A DNA stretch of 22,448 nt from a virus. Lineage: Duplodnaviria; Heunggongvirae; Uroviricota; Caudoviricetes. Positions within the stretch are counted from its first letter, which is position 1. Every line of letters begins with the position of its first letter. Positions 9,492-18,478 of the stretch are shown here, piece after piece. The DNA lies in IMG/VR virus record IMGVR_UViG_2562617113_000013; one strand, given 5' to 3'. The position numbers and the translations under genes are program-made. The notes under the pieces are model-generated. The model was not told the DNA's origin and did no database searches. It saw only the letters and a list, made by a program, of their open reading frames with translations.

Positions 9492-11258
9492 ATGAACACC
9501 ACACTGACACCCGCAGATCTCGATCCCCGTCGGCAGGCCATGCTGCTGTACTTTCAGGGATACCGCGTCGCCCGCATTGCTGAAATGCTGGGCGAGAAAG
9601 TTGCAACCGTTCACAGCTGGAAAAAACGCGACAAGTGGGGTGACTACGGGCCGCTGGATCAGATGCAGCTCACCACCGCCGCACGTTACTGCCAGCTCAT
9701 TATGAAGGAGCACAAAGAAGGGAAAGATTTCAAAGAAATTGATCTGCTGGCGCGCCAGTCGGAGCGCCACGCGCGGATCGGCAAGTTTAACAATGGCGGC
9801 AACGAAGCCGACTTAAACCCTAACGTCGCCAACCGTAACAAAGGCCCGCGCCGTCAGCCGGAAAAGAATGTTTTCACCGATGAGCAGATTGAGAAGCTGG
9901 AAGAAATCTTCCATTCCTCCATGTTCAACTACCAGCGCCACTGGTGGGAAGCCGGAAAAACCAACCGCATCCGCAACCTGCTGAAGTCACGCCAGATCGG
10001 CGCGACCTTTTATTTTGCCCGTGAAGCCCTGATTGACGCCCTGCTTACCGGACGTAACCAGATTTTCCTTTCCGCCAGCAAGGCACAGGCCCACGTCTTT
10101 AAGCAGTACATCATCGACTTCGCCAAAGAAGTGGAGGTGGAGTTGAAAGGCGATCCGATGGTGCTTCCTAACGGGGCCACGCTTTACTTCCTCGGCACCA
10201 ATGCCCGCACGGCCCAGAGTTATCACGGCAACCTGTATCTGGATGAATATTTCTGGATACCGAAATTCCAGGAGCTGCGCAAAGTGGCTTCCGGTATGGC
10301 TATTCACAAAAAATGGCGACAAACCTATTTTTCCACGCCATCCAGCCTGACACACAGTGCTTATCCGTTCTGGTCCGGTGCGCTGTTCAACCGTGGGCGC
10401 AACAAGGCCGACAAGGTGGACATCGACCTGTCCCACAGCAATCTGGCCCCCGGCCTGCTGTGCGCAGACGGGCAATACCGCCAGATAGTCACCGTGGAAG
10501 ATGCGGTGCGCGGCGGCTGTAACCTGTTCGACCTTGACCAGTTGCGCATGGAGTACAGCCCGGACGAATACCAGAACCTGCTGATGTGCGAGTTTGTGGA
10601 CGATCTCGCGTCCGTGTTCCCGCTCAGCGAGCTGCAGGCGTGCATGGTGGACAGCTGGGAAGTCTGGACCGACTTTCATGCACTGGCTCTGCGCCCGTTT
10701 GGCTGGCGCGAAGTGTGGATCGGTTATGATCCGGCAAAAGGTACGCAGAACGGCGACAGTGCCGGATGCGTGGTGGTGGCACCGCCAGCCGTGCCGGGTG
10801 GTAAGTTCCGCATTCTTGAGCGTCACCAGTGGCGCGGGATGGACTTCCGCGCCCAGGCTGACGCCATCAAAAAACTGACCGAGCAATACAACGTGACCTA
10901 CATCGGCATCGACTCGACAGGTGTCGGCCACGGGGTTTACGAGAACGTGAAAGCGTTTTTTCCAGCCGTCCGGGAGTTTGTCTACAACCCCAACGTTAAA
11001 AACGCCCTGGTACTCAAGGCCTACGACATTATCAGTCACCGTCGTCTGGAGTTTGACGCCGGACACACCGACATAGCGCAGTCATTTATGGCAATCCGTC
11101 GCGCCACCACCGCCAGTGGCAACCGCCCGACCTATGAAGCCAGCCGCAGCGAAGAAGCCAGCCACGCCGATCTGGCCTGGGCAACAATGCACGCACTGTT
11201 TAACGAACCGCTGCAGGGCGAATCCGCCAATACCAGCAATATTGTGGAGATTTTTTGA
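9492..11258 (+). CDS. P: Terminase ATPase (large) subunit gpP
   Basis: 588 aa; N-terminal HTH-like region, deviant Walker A KSRQIGAT, Walker-B-like LYLDEYFWIP, C-terminal nuclease-like region; P2 gpP-like size. Confidence 0.9.
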   Translation: MNTTLTPADLDPRRQAMLLYFQGYRVARIAEMLGEKVATVHSWKKRDKWGDYGPLDQMQLTTAARYCQLIMKEHKEGKDFKEIDLLARQSERHARIGKFNNGGNEADLNPNVANRNKGPRRQPEKNVFTDEQIEKLEEIFHSSMFNYQRHWWEAGKTNRIRNLLKSRQIGATFYFAREALIDALLTGRNQIFLSASKAQAHVFKQYIIDFAKEVEVELKGDPMVLPNGATLYFLGTNARTAQSYHGNLYLDEYFWIPKFQELRKVASGMAIHKKWRQTYFSTPSSLTHSAYPFWSGALFNRGRNKADKVDIDLSHSNLAPGLLCADGQYRQIVTVEDAVRGGCNLFDLDQLRMEYSPDEYQNLLMCEFVDDLASVFPLSELQACMVDSWEVWTDFHALALRPFGWREVWIGYDPAKGTQNGDSAGCVVVAPPAVPGGKFRILERHQWRGMDFRAQADAIKKLTEQYNVTYIGIDSTGVGHGVYENVKAFFPAVREFVYNPNVKNALVLKAYDIISHRRLEFDAGHTDIAQSFMAIRRATTASGNRPTYEASRSEEASHADLAWATMHALFNEPLQGESANTSNIVEIF

Positions 11259-11965
11259 TGCCCCCAATCCCAACTAACCTCATGACTATCGCGGGACTTC
11301 CGGTGGATAGCTCTTTCTTTGCTTACCAGTATGAGTGGAACACTGGCCCAAAGAGTAGAAACCGTGTACTCACAAAAATGCGCCAGGCAGGCGCGGATTT
11401 CTTTTTTTCCTATGAAGCCCTGAACGATGCACTGCATACCGGGCGTAACCAGATTTTCCTCTGCTGCAACACAGCATCTGCGCAGGTAATCAAAGCCTAT
11501 GTGTCAGCATTCTTAAGCCAGCCCGCAGCTTATACGCACACTGGGAAAATAAAATCAGGCAAAAGTCATCTGGAGCTTCCGAATGGTGCAGTAATTTATT
11601 TTACCGACCTCAGAAGTCTCTCCGCCGCACTCAGTGGAAATGTCTACGTGTCAGAGTATGCCTGGGCTGAATCACCGAGAAATATGATTACCCTCGCTAA
11701 AGGGATTTCTATGCACGCACACCACTACGCCACCTACTACACCACTCCCAGCCCTAACCCGGAGGCATGGCAGGAATATAAAAAGCTAAGCAGAAACAAA
11801 AGTGTAACCAGCATGGTGTTCACCGCAGATGACGCAGCAGCATCAGGAGCAATGTTGTTTACTGATAACTGGCTGAACGATATGAAAAAAGAATTATCAT
11901 CAGAGGACTGGAAAATGCTGTTTATGTGCGAATGGCCTCTCGCTAACGAGGAGCTGGCAGAATGA
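11258..11965 (+). CDS. Terminase-ATPase-domain paralog (truncated, diverged copy of the P ATPase core)
   Basis: ORF track 11255..11965 uses a TTG; the first ATG is at 11258 and overlaps the P stop. Its stop overlaps the Q start (ATGA). Aligns by eye to P residues ~150-375: FFFSYEALNDALHTGRNQIFL vs FYFAREALIDALLTGRNQIFL, LPNGAVIYF vs LPNGATLYF, VYVSEYAW vs LYLDEYFW, YYTTPS vs YFSTPS, LFMCEW vs LLMCEF. Confidence 0.6.
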   Translation: MPPIPTNLMTIAGLPVDSSFFAYQYEWNTGPKSRNRVLTKMRQAGADFFFSYEALNDALHTGRNQIFLCCNTASAQVIKAYVSAFLSQPAAYTHTGKIKSGKSHLELPNGAVIYFTDLRSLSAALSGNVYVSEYAWAESPRNMITLAKGISMHAHHYATYYTTPSPNPEAWQEYKKLSRNKSVTSMVFTADDAAASGAMLFTDNWLNDMKKELSSEDWKMLFMCEWPLANEELAE

Positions 11966-13011
11966 GCAAACGTAGAAATAATAAGCGAGCAACAACTGAT
12001 CACAATTCAAAACCAGGCAATGGCCCAACAGCAGAGGCTTTCAGCTTTGGCGATCCTGTTCCTGTTCTGGACCGCCGCGAACTGCTGGACTATGTGGAAT
12101 GCGTACAGACAGATCGCTGGTATGAGCCGCCAGTGAGTTTTGACGGCCTGGCGCGAACCTTCCGCGCCGCCGTGCATCACAGCTCCCCCATCAGTGTTAA
12201 GCGTGACATTATCAGCAGTACCTATATTCCGCATCGTCTTCTCAGTCAGCAGGCATTTACCCGTTTTGTGCAGGACTATCTGGTTTTTGGTAACGGCTAC
12301 CTGGAGAAGCGCACGAACCGGTTCGGTGAAGTTATTTCGCTGGAGCCTGCACTGGCAAAATACACCCGGCGCGGGCTTGACCTTGAAACATACTGGTTTG
12401 TGCAATACAGCCTGACGACACAGCCGTATCAGTTCACAAAAGGTAACGTCTTCCACCTGATGGAGCCGGATATCAACCAGGAGATTTATGGTCTGCCAGG
12501 TTACCTTTCTGCCATTCCATCCGCCCTGCTCAACGAGTCCGCCACGCTGTTCCGTCGAAAGTATTACATTAACGGCAGTCATGCTGGCTTCATCATGTAC
12601 ATGACCGATGCAGCGCAGAATCAGGAGGATGTGAACAATCTCCGCAACGCGATGAAAAGTGCCAAAGGTCCTGGTAACTTCCGTAACCTGTTTATGTACT
12701 CGCCTAACGGCAAAAAGGACGGGCTTCAGATCATCCCGTTGTCAGAAGTCGCAGCGAAAGATGAATTTCTGAACATCAAGAACGTGAGTCGGGACGACAT
12801 GATGGCGGCACACCGCGTACCGCCGCAAATGATGGGTATCATTCCCAACAACACTGGCGGCTTCGGTGATGTGGAAAAGGCGAGCCGTGTTTTCGTCCGC
12901 AATGAACTGATGCCACTGCAAAAGCGACTGCAGGAGCTTAACAACTGGCTTGGTGAAGAGGTGATCCGTTTTGAAGCCTATGACTTAGGACTTAAGAGCA
13001 AACGAGGCTGA
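11962..13011 (+). CDS. Q: Portal (capsid vertex) protein gpQ
   Basis: 349 aa (P2 gpQ about 344 aa); followed by a strong terminator and the candidate cos site, as expected for the cos-proximal portal gene. Confidence 0.85.
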   Translation: MSKRRNNKRATTDHNSKPGNGPTAEAFSFGDPVPVLDRRELLDYVECVQTDRWYEPPVSFDGLARTFRAAVHHSSPISVKRDIISSTYIPHRLLSQQAFTRFVQDYLVFGNGYLEKRTNRFGEVISLEPALAKYTRRGLDLETYWFVQYSLTTQPYQFTKGNVFHLMEPDINQEIYGLPGYLSAIPSALLNESATLFRRKYYINGSHAGFIMYMTDAAQNQEDVNNLRNAMKSAKGPGNFRNLFMYSPNGKKDGLQIIPLSEVAAKDEFLNIKNVSRDDMMAAHRVPPQMMGIIPNNTGGFGDVEKASRVFVRNELMPLQKRLQELNNWLGEEVIRFEAYDLGLKSKRG

Positions 13012-13048
13012 CATACTCACAACATCAATAACTGACCAATTCTCACAA

Positions 13049-13081
13049 CGCCCCAGCAGCATTCTGCGGGGCGTTTTTTTT
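13049..13081 (+). terminator. Rho-independent terminator downstream of Q
   Basis: GC stem cgcccc(a)gcag / ctgcggggcg with 4-nt loop, followed by a run of 8 T. Confidence 0.75.
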
Positions 13082-13170
13082 GTCCTGACATTTTCCCTCC
13101 TACACAAAATGAGGCCGCCAGCGGGCCAGAGGCTGCTCCGGATTTTGGCCATTTTACCCCGTTGCGCGCG

Positions 13171-13189
13171 CTCGTATCCCCGCCACGCC
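13171..13189. other. Candidate cos cohesive-end core
   Basis: Reverse complement reads GGCGTGGCGGGGATACGAG, resembling (from memory) the G/C-rich 19-nt cohesive end of P2/186-type phages (GGCG-A/T-GGCGGGGAAAGCA-). Correct position between Q and the right-arm genes. Confidence 0.45.
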
Positions 13190-13230
13190 TGCCCGCTTTA
13201 TGTAGTGGTTTTCATGCGCCTGCATGACAT

Positions 13231-13258
13231 AAGCAAAAGCCCGCCATTCCTGGCGGGC
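13231..13258 (-). terminator. Candidate minus-strand intrinsic terminator
   Basis: 7-bp GC stem gcccgcc/ggcgggc (13239..13258) with 6-nt loop; on the minus strand it is followed by TTTTGCTT. Confidence 0.35.
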
Positions 13259-13395
13259 CTCAGCTAAAACGATCCTCAAACGATCATGCGGATTCATGCG
13301 GCATAGTCATGCAGCACAATTCCTTTGCCCCACTATATCCTTTGTGGCAGAAATTGAGGAAAATGATTCATAAATACTCATATTTCGGAGGATAT

Positions 13396-14295
13396 ATGGC
13401 AGTTCTATTTTTATTTGGCGCAGGTGCGAGTTTTGGCAGCGGTCCATGTAGTCCATCCAATCCACCTCTTGGTAAAGATCTGCTTATCCGCATGCGTGAA
13501 AAAGGTGGAGTTGCTTCAACTATTGATGGCGCTCTATTGGAGAGTTTCATTGCAGATCCTGAACAAGGAATGATTAATTTTTTCAATGAACGAAATTGCG
13601 AGACAACTCACCTCCTAAAGCAGATGTGCGCCTATCTTGCACAATTTCGGGTCGAGAAAGGAAACACCTACATAAAACTGTTTAACCTATTAAAAAAAAG
13701 AAAAAACATATGTATGGCAACAACTAATTACGACCTATTAATTGAACAAGCTATATGCTCTGTTGGCTGTCTTGTTCAATATCACTCATCGAAGCGCAAT
13801 AGAAATAACATACCGGTATTAAAAATACATGGCTCAGTAAACTTCATACCAGTTGCAAATATCGTTAATATCGATTTCGAATTACCTGATTGCGAGAACT
13901 CTGCAATATTCGATGGTTCAATTGATATTTACAACGATGAGCAAGACGTGATTGCATACTGCGAAAGTGATTCTGCCCTCTCACCCGCAGTTGCATTATA
14001 TCATCCCAAAAAAAGCGTATTGCACTGCCCCTCATTTGTTAAGTATCAGCAGGAAGAGTTTCGTTCTGAGGTTGAACGTTCATCCAAGATATTCATTATT
14101 GGACTTAAAATAAATCCAAATGATGAGCATATTTGGTCTGAAATTGAAAAAACTTCAGCCGACGTCTACATAGTAGACAAGGATAAAGAATCTACTATCA
14201 CCTGGGTTAATAGCTTGAGCAAAAAGAACATTTACCACATAGCTGATACTTTTGATGAATCGATTGTGAGAATTAAAAACATTCTGCAATTATAG
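13396..14295 (+). CDS. SIR2-like (sirtuin-fold) protein; candidate NAD+-consuming anti-phage effector
   Basis: ORF track 13309..14295; start preferred at ATG 13396 (GGAGG RBS 4-5 nt upstream), giving 299 aa beginning MAVLFLFGAGASFGSG. Carries the SIR2-family motif series GAGAS ... TTNYDLLIE ... KIHGS ... KIFIIGLKINPND. Visibly A/T-rich compared with flanking phage genes. Confidence 0.65.
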   Translation: MAVLFLFGAGASFGSGPCSPSNPPLGKDLLIRMREKGGVASTIDGALLESFIADPEQGMINFFNERNCETTHLLKQMCAYLAQFRVEKGNTYIKLFNLLKKRKNICMATTNYDLLIEQAICSVGCLVQYHSSKRNRNNIPVLKIHGSVNFIPVANIVNIDFELPDCENSAIFDGSIDIYNDEQDVIAYCESDSALSPAVALYHPKKSVLHCPSFVKYQQEEFRSEVERSSKIFIIGLKINPNDEHIWSEIEKTSADVYIVDKDKESTITWVNSLSKKNIYHIADTFDESIVRIKNILQL

Positions 14296-14399
14296 ATAAC
14301 AAAACCATTATAAAGTACCAATGATGGGCTAACGCCTCGCCCCGCTCGTTGTTCAACCTTGCTGGCGTCAGTATCAAGTCCTGCCGCCAGCAACGTTCC

Positions 14400-14633
14400 T
14401 CAGTGCAGCCAGCTGTCGTCTTCCCAAACCTGCTGCATAATTTTCATCACTTGCTTCCTTTCTTCGTCCAGTTGCAGTCCGGTCAGTTCCACACCGTTAG
14501 AGCTACCTTTGCGGATACGAATTACCGTTTTGGGATACAGGGGGCGCAGATTACGGTAAAGCTCGGATTCAAGGGCGTCTAGGGTAGACTGGCTAATCTT
14601 CTGCTCTTTATCGATCATTATTTCAATGCGCAT
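14400..14633 (-). CDS. dinI: DinI-family protein (Tum C-terminal-domain equivalent)
   Basis: ORF 14400..14705; start preferred at Met 14633 (GAGGTGA RBS). 77 aa MRIEIMIDKEQ...LDALESEL...WEDDSW matches the DinI pattern (MRIE..I.K...DAL..EL...WE...W). Confidence 0.75.
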   Translation of the reverse strand: MRIEIMIDKEQKISQSTLDALESELYRNLRPLYPKTVIRIRKGSSNGVELTGLQLDEERKQVMKIMQQVWEDDSWLH

Positions 14634-14643
14634 AAAAGTCACC

Positions 14644-14832
14644 TCAACTGATGACATCCATTGAGCGGTTGTATTCGTGGGTTCTGATTTTTGCCATGAG
14701 TTCATCTGTTAGTTCAGAAACCCACTGCAAAGCCAGCCCCTTCTCTTCATCACTACACTCACTAGCCGCTACAAGCTTAAGAAAAAAATCAATGCGCTGG
14801 AGCTTCAAAGACTCCAAAAAATAGTCCTGCAT
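14644..14832 (-). CDS. Small SOS-inducible protein, possible Tum-like antirepressor N-terminal module
   Basis: ORF 14644..14934; start preferred at Met 14832 (AGGAGG RBS 4 nt upstream), 62 aa. Immediately downstream of a LexA box and upstream of dinI-like gene in same operon. Function inferred from context only. Confidence 0.5.
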   Translation of the reverse strand: MQDYFLESLKLQRIDFFLKLVAASECSDEEKGLALQWVSELTDELMAKIRTHEYNRSMDVIS

Positions 14833-14873
14833 CTTTCCTCCTATGACACCACAAGAAATACTGTATACATAAC

Positions 14874-14893
14874 CACTGTTTATATTTACAGTA
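14874..14893. promoter_or_regulatory. LexA (SOS) box
   Basis: cACTGTtTATATtTACAGTA: CTGT-N8-ACAG with A/T-rich centre, 17/20 match to the TACTGTATATATATACAGTA consensus; sits about 45 bp upstream of the small-gene start on the minus strand. Confidence 0.8.
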
Positions 14894-14985
14894 TATAATA
14901 ATCTTACTGATGTAAAACGTTTTTTTACGTTCATCAGCCTGATATGCCTGGTATTATTAAGAGCACGGATTGTTAACCCGCGTGA

Positions 14986-17400
14986 TTAATACAGGTTCCG
15001 CCACTTATCATCTTCCTGCAAACGCTGGTTCCGATAGAAGATACGCAGGCCTGCTCCTGACGGAATACTGCCACCGCGAAGGAGCAAATCGACCTCTTTC
15101 TCGCTGCCATCAAATCCTCTGGACTTCAGTTCATAGACGAGCTGCTGACGCTGATACTCTGTAATTCGCTGTTTGTAGTCTTTACGCCGTTTCGGTTTAA
15201 CTAGGCGTAATCTTGCTGCCAGTTCCCGGCGCTCTTTTTTGCTCATACTGTGCAGGTAATCGTGCAACTCCTTGTCATCCATGCTGGTGATATCCGTTCT
15301 GGTATCCCCATCAGCTGATTTGTCTTTCCCTTGTTGGTTCAAATTTTCAGCAAGGGGACAGTTATTGCCACGAGTCCAAGGGGCGCAAGCGCCCTGGTCG
15401 GCTGCCGCCTCCTGAACGTCAACGGCCTTACGAACCATTTTCCACTTCACGGCATGAGTGCAGATCTTGCCCTCTGCAATAGGTGACCAGATGCCATAAA
15501 TACGAATGCCGTGATCGCCATAGGCGGTCGGCTCTTCGTTGATTTCATAAGCAGTTCTGATGAGGTGATATTTGCGGGGAACCAGTACGCCACCCTGCTT
15601 CATGATGTAGGTGGCAAAACAACCAGCATCAGCAGCAGCCAGAATGGCATCAAGGCGCGGGTTATCCAGTACCGGCGCACCTGCTTTTTTGTCCCCCTGT
15701 TGCCTTGCCGCCTGACCAGCCAGCAATCGCAGTTCACGGTAAGCCTGACGCCCCGGAATGCCAAAGAAGCGGAATTGCTGAACACGATGCAGAGACGCCC
15801 AGGCATTAACGTATTCAGCATTATCACGCAGGGATTTCCCCGTTTCCTTGCTGATCTCGCCAGCCAGACCACGCCCGTCAATGTTCTTACTGATGTATTT
15901 CGCGATGTAGCTTGTTGGCGTACCTTTGCGCGGATTAATCAGCTCAGACTGAAAGCGCGGCCCCGTGTTATTGCCCAGCTCCTCGCGGTCTTCACGGATG
16001 GCAAAGTTACGCAGTAATGCAGTGATGGCGCGACGGTCTTTTTTGCGCATAAAACACAACAGGTGCCAGTGAACTGTACCGTCATGATGCGGCTCAGCCA
16101 CCCGCACGCCATACCACCGCAATCCGGCTTTGTGCATTGCCTTACGAAATGCAGCAAACATGCCGACCAGATAATCACTGCTTTGTCTTACCGTCGCATT
16201 TGTCCAGGTCGGGTTGGGCCTGCCGTTATTTAGCGTGGAATGGAAACGTGACGGACAGGTGATGGTGTAGAAAACGGCGCAGTCACCGCGCATTTCCGCG
16301 ATAAGCTCCAGACCTTTAACACAGGCCATCATCTCATTGCGGCGATGCGCAGGGTTGCTGCTGCTGGCGTTTACCACATCCTCCATGTCCAGCGTGTCGC
16401 CGTCTTCGTTCACCAGTTCATGAGAACGGAAAAACTCCAGCGACTTACGGCGCTGCTCACGTTTATGCATCACGGCTTCATAGCTGACATAGGGAGATGC
16501 TTTTTTGCTGACAAGGCAGACAGCACGCAACTGCTCTTCCCGCCATTCGCAACGCATCTTCCATAATTTCCGATACCACCAGTCGGCGCACAACATACGC
16601 GCCAGCGAACCCGGAATGAGTTCATAGGGCACGGGTTTACGGCGGTTTCTTTTCCGGCGGAGTTGCTCAAACGCAGGCGGGATGACATCCAGACGCAGGG
16701 TTTCCGCTGCCACCTTTTCCCATGTCTTGCGGATTTCTTCTGGCTTAACGTCATCGGTGGCATACAAATCGCCACAAGCGGCATCAAGGCACATACTCAT
16801 ATGCGCAGCTACCAGGGTGGACAGGCGTTTCACCTGATCCTGACTCATTTCAGGCAGGATCAGCAGGCCGTCCAGCCCTTCATGGCTTGCCATAAAGCGA
16901 AAAGATGCAGATAGCTGACTGTCGCGTACATGCTCCAGTCGTTCCAGACATGGCTTAATCGTCTCACGTAAATAGCGGGAATAAGCCTTTGGCCTGCCCA
17001 GGCTGCTGAAGTATTCAATACGTTGCATCAGCGGCTTGCTGATATGGGAAGGCTGGGCGTTGACGTCCGCCAGAATGACCATATCCGGATTAAAACGCTG
17101 CTGCTCATGCGCCAGCTTTGCCCGGCTAATGAGCTTATCTTGTTCCATTTCGCGCTGGACAGGATCACGGGATTCATTAAAGAAATAACGCTCCCAGACC
17201 TGATCACTCAGCGCCTCACGGCGCAGCTGTTCCTGCTCGTTATCGGCAGCGTACAGAGTGATCAGGTTTGAAAGCGTAGAAACCGGCGCAACTTCCACCG
17301 GGTCCAGATAAGGGTTAATGGCCTTTTTCGGGCTGTTCCATGAGAACGATGCGGCAGCTTCGTTAAAGCCGCAGCAGTTGTTCATATCGGCATGACTCAT
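14986..17400 (-). CDS. A: Replication initiation endonuclease gpA (rolling-circle Rep)
   Basis: 804 aa; contains [12 protein letters not shown] (Y-x-x-K-Y catalytic tyrosine motif of P2 gpA-type Rep proteins); ATGA overlap with dam stop. Confidence 0.85.
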   Translation of the reverse strand: MSHADMNNCCGFNEAAASFSWNSPKKAINPYLDPVEVAPVSTLSNLITLYAADNEQEQLRREALSDQVWERYFFNESRDPVQREMEQDKLISRAKLAHEQQRFNPDMVILADVNAQPSHISKPLMQRIEYFSSLGRPKAYSRYLRETIKPCLERLEHVRDSQLSASFRFMASHEGLDGLLILPEMSQDQVKRLSTLVAAHMSMCLDAACGDLYATDDVKPEEIRKTWEKVAAETLRLDVIPPAFEQLRRKRNRRKPVPYELIPGSLARMLCADWWYRKLWKMRCEWREEQLRAVCLVSKKASPYVSYEAVMHKREQRRKSLEFFRSHELVNEDGDTLDMEDVVNASSSNPAHRRNEMMACVKGLELIAEMRGDCAVFYTITCPSRFHSTLNNGRPNPTWTNATVRQSSDYLVGMFAAFRKAMHKAGLRWYGVRVAEPHHDGTVHWHLLCFMRKKDRRAITALLRNFAIREDREELGNNTGPRFQSELINPRKGTPTSYIAKYISKNIDGRGLAGEISKETGKSLRDNAEYVNAWASLHRVQQFRFFGIPGRQAYRELRLLAGQAARQQGDKKAGAPVLDNPRLDAILAAADAGCFATYIMKQGGVLVPRKYHLIRTAYEINEEPTAYGDHGIRIYGIWSPIAEGKICTHAVKWKMVRKAVDVQEAAADQGACAPWTRGNNCPLAENLNQQGKDKSADGDTRTDITSMDDKELHDYLHSMSKKERRELAARLRLVKPKRRKDYKQRITEYQRQQLVYELKSRGFDGSEKEVDLLLRGGSIPSGAGLRIFYRNQRLQEDDKWRNLY

Positions 17401-18254
17401 GCACGTACTCCGTACACGGCAGAACTATCCACGCCACGCGAATAATCAAATCCCACCCAGCAGCGCGGCCCGGAAACAGCAATGATTTCTGTTGCTGATT
17501 TGCCCTCGCCAGCTGCCACACCGATGCTGCGTTTTGCCTTGATGTAGTGGTGAGTAAAATTGCGATACAGCGAACGGATCAGGGATGTGTCACTGTTAGA
17601 AACAATGACCGGATGTCCTTCTGATGACCGATGTTCAAGAACAGATGCCAGGTGATACTGGTCATCTTCAGTGAAGCCGTCAGTGTGATAGCCGGAAAAC
17701 GTACCGTCATACGGCGGATCGCAATACACCACATCCCCCGCCTTCAACATCGCCAGCGTTTCATCAAAGCTGGCGCAGATAAACGTTGCTCGCTGGGCCT
17801 TTTCTGCAAATGCGTGAATTTCTTTTTCAGGGAAATACGGATTTTTATAATTACCGTAGGGAATGTTGAAATGCCCGCTCTTGTTATAGCGACATAAACC
17901 ACGGTAACCGTGACGATTGAGATACAGGAAATATACCGCTTTCATGAAATCAGTAATTTCAGTTGAGTAATTAAACTCCTGCCTTATGTTGTAATAAGCC
18001 ACCTCCCTGTTTGCGATCTCAAATAAAACTCTGGCGCGAGATATAAACGATTCACAATCAGCGGCAACCTTTTTATAGAGGTTGATTAAATCAGGATTAA
18101 TATCCGCAACCAGATAGCTGGGATAATCCGTCTCCATCATCACAGCACAGGAACCCGCGAAAGGTTCAACCAGTCGCGGGCCAGCAGGAAGATGTTTTTT
18201 CAGTTCGGACATTATGGCAGTTTTATTTCCCGCCCATTTCAGGATGGTGCTCAT
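17397..18254 (-). CDS. dam: DNA adenine methyltransferase (Dam family)
   Basis: ORF 17397..18314; start preferred at Met 18254 ([11 protein letters not shown]), ATGA-coupled to the upstream zinc-finger gene. Motifs KWAGNK, PFAGS and DPPY. Confidence 0.85.
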   Translation of the reverse strand: MSTILKWAGNKTAIMSELKKHLPAGPRLVEPFAGSCAVMMETDYPSYLVADINPDLINLYKKVAADCESFISRARVLFEIANREVAYYNIRQEFNYSTEITDFMKAVYFLYLNRHGYRGLCRYNKSGHFNIPYGNYKNPYFPEKEIHAFAEKAQRATFICASFDETLAMLKAGDVVYCDPPYDGTFSGYHTDGFTEDDQYHLASVLEHRSSEGHPVIVSNSDTSLIRSLYRNFTHHYIKAKRSIGVAAGEGKSATEIIAVSGPRCWVGFDYSRGVDSSAVYGVRA

Positions 18255-18478
18255 ACAGCACCTCCGTTGTAATGTTTGCCTTTCAGCTCTGCGATTTCCT
18301 GACAGGTAATGCAAAGCTGCACACCCGGAATGGCACGGCGGCGTGCTGGCGGAATTGGCGCTTCACACTCAATGCAAAGCACGCGGGACACGCCCGGCGT
18401 TTTGGCACGGGCAGCACGGATATGGCGTTGGCGTTCTTCTTCAACGCGCTGCTGTACGAGATCCATTGCATCAGCCAT
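18251..18478 (-). CDS. TraR/DksA-family C4 zinc-finger protein
   Basis: 75 aa with CIECEAPIPPARRRAIPGVQLCITC (CxxC-N17-CxxC). Confidence 0.75.
   Translation of the reverse strand: MADAMDLVQQRVEEERQRHIRAARAKTPGVSRVLCIECEAPIPPARRRAIPGVQLCITCQEIAELKGKHYNGGAV

Noticed and set aside
9987-11066. 359-aa minus-strand ORF
   Set aside because: Lies entirely antisense within terminase gene P, whose product has clear terminase motifs; typical shadow ORF in G+C-rich coding DNA.
13309-13395. Upstream 29-codon extension of the SIR2-like ORF
   Set aside because: No RBS at 13309; the ATG at 13396 has GGAGG upstream and begins exactly at the LFLFGAGAS N-terminal strand expected for SIR2-fold proteins.
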